Assembly: GCF_000143415.4 (NCBI RefSeq)
Contig: NW_003314351.1
Span: forward strand, 245,490 to 309,489
Length of the DNA: 64,000 bases
Reading direction: 5' to 3'
Source: Selaginella moellendorffii
Lineage: Eukaryota > Plantae > Lycopodiophyta
The number at the start of each line of letters is the position of its first letter. The stretch's first letter is position 1. The notes beneath the pieces were generated by a model. The model was given only the letters and a program-made list of their open reading frames with translations. It did not search any database and was not told where the DNA came from. This document shows, piece by piece, positions 58,457 through 64,000 of this stretch. The translations under genes were made by a program, and so were the position numbers.

Positions 58457-60457
58457 CTAGAGACGAACAAGCTTTTGCTTCGGGACCTCGATGTTCGCCC
58501 ACAGCACGTAAGTGGAAGCGTCTTTTGGTTCTAACTCGATTGCCTGCCTTGCAGCTCGAGCGCCACCTCTGCGGTTCTCGCTGCTCCCTCGGCAAGCTCC
58601 GAGCAAGCACTGCCAGTCGACAAAGTCTGGAGCGTAAGGCATGGAGCGAATGAGATCCTCGGCGTCTCTGAGGTAACCAGCCCTGCTAAGTATATCGATC
58701 ATGCACGAGTAACTTTGTCTGGATGGTGTGACAGAGTGTTCGAACATCGATCGGAAGCACGACCAGCCAGAAGCAACGTTTCCGTTGTGGTTGCAACCGA
58801 GGAGCCAGCAAACGAAAGTCGTCTCGCTCACCTTGGATCCCTCGAGAACCATCTCCTGGAAAATCTCCACAGCGCTACTCAGGCGTCCATTGCTTCCAAA
58901 AGCTGCAATGAGAGCGTTCCAGGAGATGGGATTGGGCTCCGGCATCAAGCGTAGCAATTGCCGCGCGTGGTTGAGAAGACCCTTGTTCGCAAACGCGGTG
59001 ATCATGGCGTTCCAGGTGATTGTATCCCACTCCGGCATTTGGAAAAACAGCGCTTTTGCTCGATCCAGATCCTTGTTTTGAGCGTGCGCTGCGATCATTG
59101 TGTTGTAGGCGACGATACCTCTCTCGGGCATGGAGTGGAAGACGTCCAAGGCTTCTTCCAGATGCCCGTTCTGGGCATATACCGAGAGCATCACATTCCA
59201 GGAGTAGTAGTCCTTGAACTTCATTTCTTCAAAGAGAGCTTTTCCCCTCATGACATGACCAGCTTGGCTGAGGGAATACAGCGTGGCATTCCACGTCACC
59301 ATGCTCACCTCGGGCATTTGCTCCACGAAGCTCTTGGCCTCGTCGACGAGGCCGAGATGGGTGTAGGCCGAGAGCATCGCGTTCCATGACACGATATCGC
59401 GCTCGGGCAATCGATCGAAGATTTTTCTTGCGTTTTGGAGATCACCCTCTTGAGCGTAGGCGATGAGCAGCCCGTTGCTGGCGATCAGATCGACCTCCGG
59501 CATCGAATCGACGATGTTTTTCGTCTCGTCCAAGAGACCCCTTTGCACGCAGACGGAGAGGATTGCGTTCCAGGGCACCAGGTTCCGCTCCGGCATCGAA
59601 TCCAGCAAGAAAAACGCGGTCTCCAGATGCCCGTTTTGGGCATATCCTGTGAGCAGTGCGCACCATGCAAAAAGATCTCTCTCGGGCATCGAATCAAAAG
59701 TTTTCTTCGCATTTTCTATCTTTCCGGCTTGTGCGTACATCGCTAGCATCGCATTCCAGGACACTAGATCAGTCTCCGGCATCAAGCGAAAGAGTTTTTC
59801 TGCGCTGAAAAACTGCCCGTTTTGGGCAAATGCAGTGATCATCGCGCTCCAGCAAACCATGTCCCTCTCGGCCATGAATTCAAACACAAGACTAGCTTTT
59901 CGAGCATCACCAGATCTTCCGTACGCGGTCAGCATGGCCGTCCACGAGACCCTGTCCCAAATCGGCATCTCTTTGTAGAGACGCTCGAGCTCTTCCAGAT
60001 GGCCGGTAAGGGCATATGCCGAAAGCATCGTGTTCCAAAGTGCGAGGCTCTGCCACTCGGGCTCGCGCAACGAATCAAACAGATTTCTTGCTGCGGCGAG
60101 ATCGCCGGCGTGGGCGTACGCCGACAGCAACGCATTCGCCGCCACGGGATTGGCGTGAGGGATCTGGTCGAACAGCGCTTTGGCGCGATCCAGAAACCCG
60201 TTTTGGACGTAAGCCGTGAGCATGAGCACCCAGGAGAAGGAGTTCCTTCTGGGGATTCGATCGAAGAGGGCGCGCGCCTCGTCCACGCTGCCCAATCGCC
60301 CATACATCTGGACGAGGAGATTGGCGAGGAAGGCATCCTGGGTGAGGAGATTCCGGAGGGAGATTTGGATTTGCAAGTGGAGGTCGCGCGCCTGTCCTAT
60401 GCTACTGCACGATCGAATCAACCCCGCGCACTCGGCCTTGGTCGAGGGGAGAATCAT
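58457..60457 (-). CDS. PPR protein dominated by about 31-aa short (SS-type) repeats, with E domain, intronless
   Basis: Tandem MPERDxVSWNAMLxAYAQxGxL units; YSCMIDILSRAG...MPYAPD; no DYW domain. Confidence 0.94.
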   Translation of the reverse strand: MILPSTKAECAGLIRSCSSIGQARDLHLQIQISLRNLLTQDAFLANLLVQMYGRLGSVDEARALFDRIPRRNSFSWVLMLTAYVQNGFLDRAKALFDQIPHANPVAANALLSAYAHAGDLAAARNLFDSLREPEWQSLALWNTMLSAYALTGHLEELERLYKEMPIWDRVSWTAMLTAYGRSGDARKASLVFEFMAERDMVCWSAMITAFAQNGQFFSAEKLFRLMPETDLVSWNAMLAMYAQAGKIENAKKTFDSMPERDLFAWCALLTGYAQNGHLETAFFLLDSMPERNLVPWNAILSVCVQRGLLDETKNIVDSMPEVDLIASNGLLIAYAQEGDLQNARKIFDRLPERDIVSWNAMLSAYTHLGLVDEAKSFVEQMPEVSMVTWNATLYSLSQAGHVMRGKALFEEMKFKDYYSWNVMLSVYAQNGHLEEALDVFHSMPERGIVAYNTMIAAHAQNKDLDRAKALFFQMPEWDTITWNAMITAFANKGLLNHARQLLRLMPEPNPISWNALIAAFGSNGRLSSAVEIFQEMVLEGSKVSETTFVCWLLGCNHNGNVASGWSCFRSMFEHSVTPSRQSYSCMIDILSRAGYLRDAEDLIRSMPYAPDFVDWQCLLGACRGSSENRRGGARAARQAIELEPKDASTYVLWANIEVPKQKLVRL

Positions 60458-60507
60458 TTACCGAATCTTTTTTGAATTTAAATTCAAAGGTTTTTGGGCG
60501 CTTGGCT

Positions 60508-61649
60508 ATGGCTTCTCACGCGCAGAATCTCGCGGCTCTGTGGGAGATGGCCATCGGCCATGCGACTTCTTTCGGGATCAAGGCCGCGGTTTTTCTTAGA
60601 ATTCCAGACATTCTCTCCGATTCTTTGGAGAAATCTATGAGCTTGGAAGAAATCGCGGCCCGGCTCCAAGGCACAAACATCCAACTAGCCCCTCTTCGTC
60701 GTCTCCTCGACTACTTGGTGGTAAAGAAAGTTCTTCTAAAGATTCAATCTCTGGAAGTTCCAGGCGAATTCAAGTATGGAAGCACCGAGCTCTGCGAGAT
60801 GCTCACTGAATCGAAGTTTGCTCGGCTGCTCATGCTGCAAGACGAGGTCGTAACTTCAGGGTGGCATCACATACACGAATTCATACTTCACGGTGGCGAG
60901 GTCCCCTTCCAGAGAGCCCAAGGGATGTTTATCTGGGAGTACATGGAGAAAAATCCAGAGTTTCTGGGGCTTTTTAGCCAGGGAATGGTGGCCATCTCCA
61001 ATGTTACCATGGACTCGGTTCTACAAACTTATCATGGTTTTGATGAGATTAGAGGAGTTTTAGTGGATGCGGGAGGAGGTTTTGGAGCCGATATTGGCAG
61101 GGTTATGGAAAAGTATCCCCACATTGCTGGTGTGAATTATGAGCTTCCTCATGTTGCCCACGCTGCTCCAGCCATTCCAGGTAAAAAAATATATACATCT
61201 TTTTGAAAATAATTTTATATTTCTAAAGGTGTGAGGCATGTTCGTGGTGACATGATGGAAAACATTCCACCAGCTGATGCAATTCTCCTCAAAGTAAGGA
61301 ACTCTCATAGGATATCAACTTTGATCTCTCTTTTTGATTATAGACTATACTACATGACTTTGACGATGACGAAGTGATTCTTGTTCTCCAAAACTGCTAC
61401 AAGGCACTTCCCCATGGAGGAAAGCTGATAATTGTTGACATTGACATGGATCCAGCAGAAAGAGGACCATTCGAATCACTCAAATTTGCATTCGACTTGG
61501 TCCTCTTGGCCCTCACCAAAGGAGGCAAAGAGAGAACAAGCGTGCAGTTCATAGAGCTCCTCACTCAAGCACAGTTTAGTAACATCAAAACTATAGGTGA
61601 TGTGAATTGTCTCTGCTCTATAGTGGAGGCTCATAAGCTCGAGACTTAG
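60508..61649 (+). CDS. COMT-like (class II) SAM-dependent O-methyltransferase, 3 exons
   Basis: Dimerisation N-domain, LVDAGGGFG, YELPHV, GDM, ILLK-TILHDF, GGKER. Confidence 0.92.
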
Positions 61650-61697
61650 TGAGACTTAAAAGGAAAACTTTTATTATGCTTTTCACTCAATTATCAA

Positions 61698-63083
61698 TCA
61701 TACCGTGAGGAAGTCTTCTAGTTTGGCCATCTTTTCAAACTCCATACCCATAAACACGTCCAGTCCGCCATCTCCCATACAGTTGGACAGCAAAACCACA
61801 TATTCTTTCCTGTCATGCACGGCTGACGTAACGTAGTCCGGGTTCCCCCATCCAAAATCAAGCTTGTGAAAGGCCAACTTCGACCATGGTGTGATGATCA
61901 TGCCACCTGGCAAGTCAATGAAGCCATGCCTGCCCTCGCACCAATCCATTACTGACCGCACATATTCCTCCGTTCCACGCCTAATGGCTGCTTGGACCTT
62001 TCGTACGCACAACGACAATGTTGCGTTGCAAAGATCCTCTACTGTGGTGTCGCAGGAGGGAGCAGCCACCACCGCGTTTCCAACGAAGTCCTTCGGAAAA
62101 TTTTTTACCTTGTGACGAACGTTTACAACCACAAAGAGGTTCGCCACCTTTGTTGTTGCATGGGAGTCATGCGAGGCTTTTGCTCGTGCCTGCCAGATAT
62201 GGGCTGTCAAAGCTTCGAAAGATGAGCATCTGGCTATAGTGCCATCCGACAGCGCCTTTTTCTTTAATGAATCCAGCATGGCGGGCGTGAAGGAGAATAA
62301 CTTAAAAGAGAACCCCGGGAGGAGAGATTTAGAAGGGTGATAGTGCGCTGGGCTGAAGATCAACTTGGCTGGGACATCAGGCATCGAAACGAGCTCGGGG
62401 TGATCGAGCGTTGGTCGGGGTGGATTTGAGCTGCGAAAGACGGAGCGATCAAGATTGAGGGTCATCGTCGCTGGGTTGAGATCCCCTCTTGCAGTTCTTG
62501 CAATGGCATCGTAAAACTCGCAGCCAGCGGTTCCATCAAAGATCGCATGGCTTGCTAAAATACCAACAATGAATCCTCCACATATGAATCTGGTAACCTG
62601 CAAGGTTGATGCAACTTATAAGTGGAAGTAACGGAAGTTCATCCAAGAAGAAACACTTACTTGGATCGTTACGAGCGGAACGTCGCAGATTTCCGTGGGC
62701 ATTTCGGTAGGAAAAACGAGAAAGTTTCTCGCGCTTGGATTTGGCATTCGGAGGTCTCCAGCGTCACGAATCGTGGACGAGCAGCTCGCACTGGCAAACA
62801 AGACTCCAGCCCCGTTGCAGTCGAGCTCAACTCGGCCTTGCTCCTCGTTCACTCGGATCCTTCCGGCCACAAAGTAGTACGGGACGAGAACCTGTTGCAG
62901 AGCATCTCGCACGACATGGGCAACGTTTCGGGTGGAACCCGGGGAGTCGACTTTGTAGGAGAAGAGCATTTCTACTGGGAAGAAGAGCTGCTGCTCGAGA
63001 TTGTGGAGGAAGAGAGTGGTGCAAGGAGTGGAGATGGGAGGCTTCAAAACAGAAACCTCTTCTACAAAAACATGCTGACCCAT
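61698..63083 (-). CDS. BAHD acyltransferase (HHT/ASFT-like), 2 exons
   Basis: LVPYYFVAGR, IQ-VTRFICGG with the conserved Q intron (62598-62660), HAIFD (HxxxD), DFGWG. Confidence 0.93.
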
Positions 63084-63790
63084 TTCTTTCTCGATGGCAA
63101 AGAGTGTGATTTTGCTGGCTCTTTTATAGGTTGATTTTCTATACAACCTTCCTAGAGTATGTAACTTGACAAACTTACGGAGAACTTGTGGCCATAAGCT
63201 GGACACGACATTGGAGAACATGTACAAATCATTTCAGCCTGTAAATCACCCATGATGTTCATCACATCCCTCTCTACCAGAGCTTCACAGTTTGAGGACC
63301 CCCACATTGTGGCACGTCTTCCTCACGTAGTCAAAATCCAGCCTTTGCCATTGACAAATGAGCATGCTCTTGCAGAAGCCGAGTAGCCAATCTAGCATTG
63401 CTCGTTCTTCACACCTAATAAGAATATGAGTGTCGGTGCACGATAAAAGTACATCTCTAAGTACGGTTTATCATTATAAATAATTTAGCATTATCTTTCT
63501 TCAAGTTTAAATTCTTTTATTTGCTGTATTCAAAGCTCTATGAATTGTGATATTCCCAGCCACAAAGTAGAAGGATAACAGTGGTCACCAGAGGGCACTG
63601 GAAACAAAAGCGGCAAACACAAATCTATATGAAGAAACAGTAAGGAACAGTATTTGGGACGTGCAAAGTATTTTATTGTGCCTTCCGTGAAATCTAGAGG
63701 AGTCGCCTGGACGATAGTTCTATAGTTCTATCCTTGGTAGATAATGCCACCTAAATCTTTGGAAATTTAGGACAAGCCAAGCAATCACAC

Positions 63791-64000
63791 TCAAACAATG
63801 AGGAAGTCTTCCAGTTTGCCCATTTTCTTAAAACTCATGCCCATAAACACGTCCACTCCTCCATCTTCCTTGCAATTTTACAGAAAAACCATGTATTATT
63901 TTCCGTCATGCACAATTGTAACATAATACAGCATCCCATATGGCTGACCGGAAAAACTCCTCGGACGTACCATGGCCAATGGCTGCTTGGATCTTCCGTA
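63791..64000 (-). pseudogene. 3' relic of a tandem BAHD paralog
   Basis: Matches 61698-62000 (tgaggaagtcttc...cccataaacacgtcca...gtcatgcac...aatggctgcttgga) but lacks the DFGWG segment and is frameshifted. Confidence 0.8.

Noticed and set aside
63200-63420. Small gene between the BAHD copies
   Set aside because: No sustained ORF or recognisable motif.

Overview
Gene-dense eukaryotic (land plant) nuclear DNA with very short introns (mostly about 50-70 nt), tiny intergenic spacers carrying telo-boxes (AAACCCTA), and several intronless PLS-class PPR genes. This architecture is most consistent with the lycophyte Selaginella (inference, not verified). About 21 apparently intact genes are present: GTG/COLD1 (cut by the window edge), DOHH, SLP1, TPK, two divergent RPT3 copies, an LRR receptor-like protein, IWS1, a CXE/GID1-family hydrolase lacking its nucleophile Ser, three PPRs, organellar TOP1A, TWD40-2, a DUF2358 protein, an RH18/DDX55 helicase, RZ-1, HYPK, SUVR5, an O-methyltransferase and a BAHD acyltransferase. 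The strongest unexplained structure occurs twice (about 4.0-19.7 kb and about 29.4-40.2 kb): a housekeeping block is locally duplicated, the copies have decayed reciprocally by short, often microhomology-bounded deletions, and an LRR-RLP gene plus captured foreign gene fragments sits between them. Other notable signals are a U12-type AT-AC intron, two GC-AG introns, a hairpin mosaic upstream of the intact RLP, a very AT-rich bulb-lectin pseudogene and an OMT-BAHD mini-cluster. No rRNA, tRNA, CRISPR or intact transposon was recognised. Family assignments rest on motif recognition by eye, with no database searches, and pseudogene and repeat boundaries are approximate.
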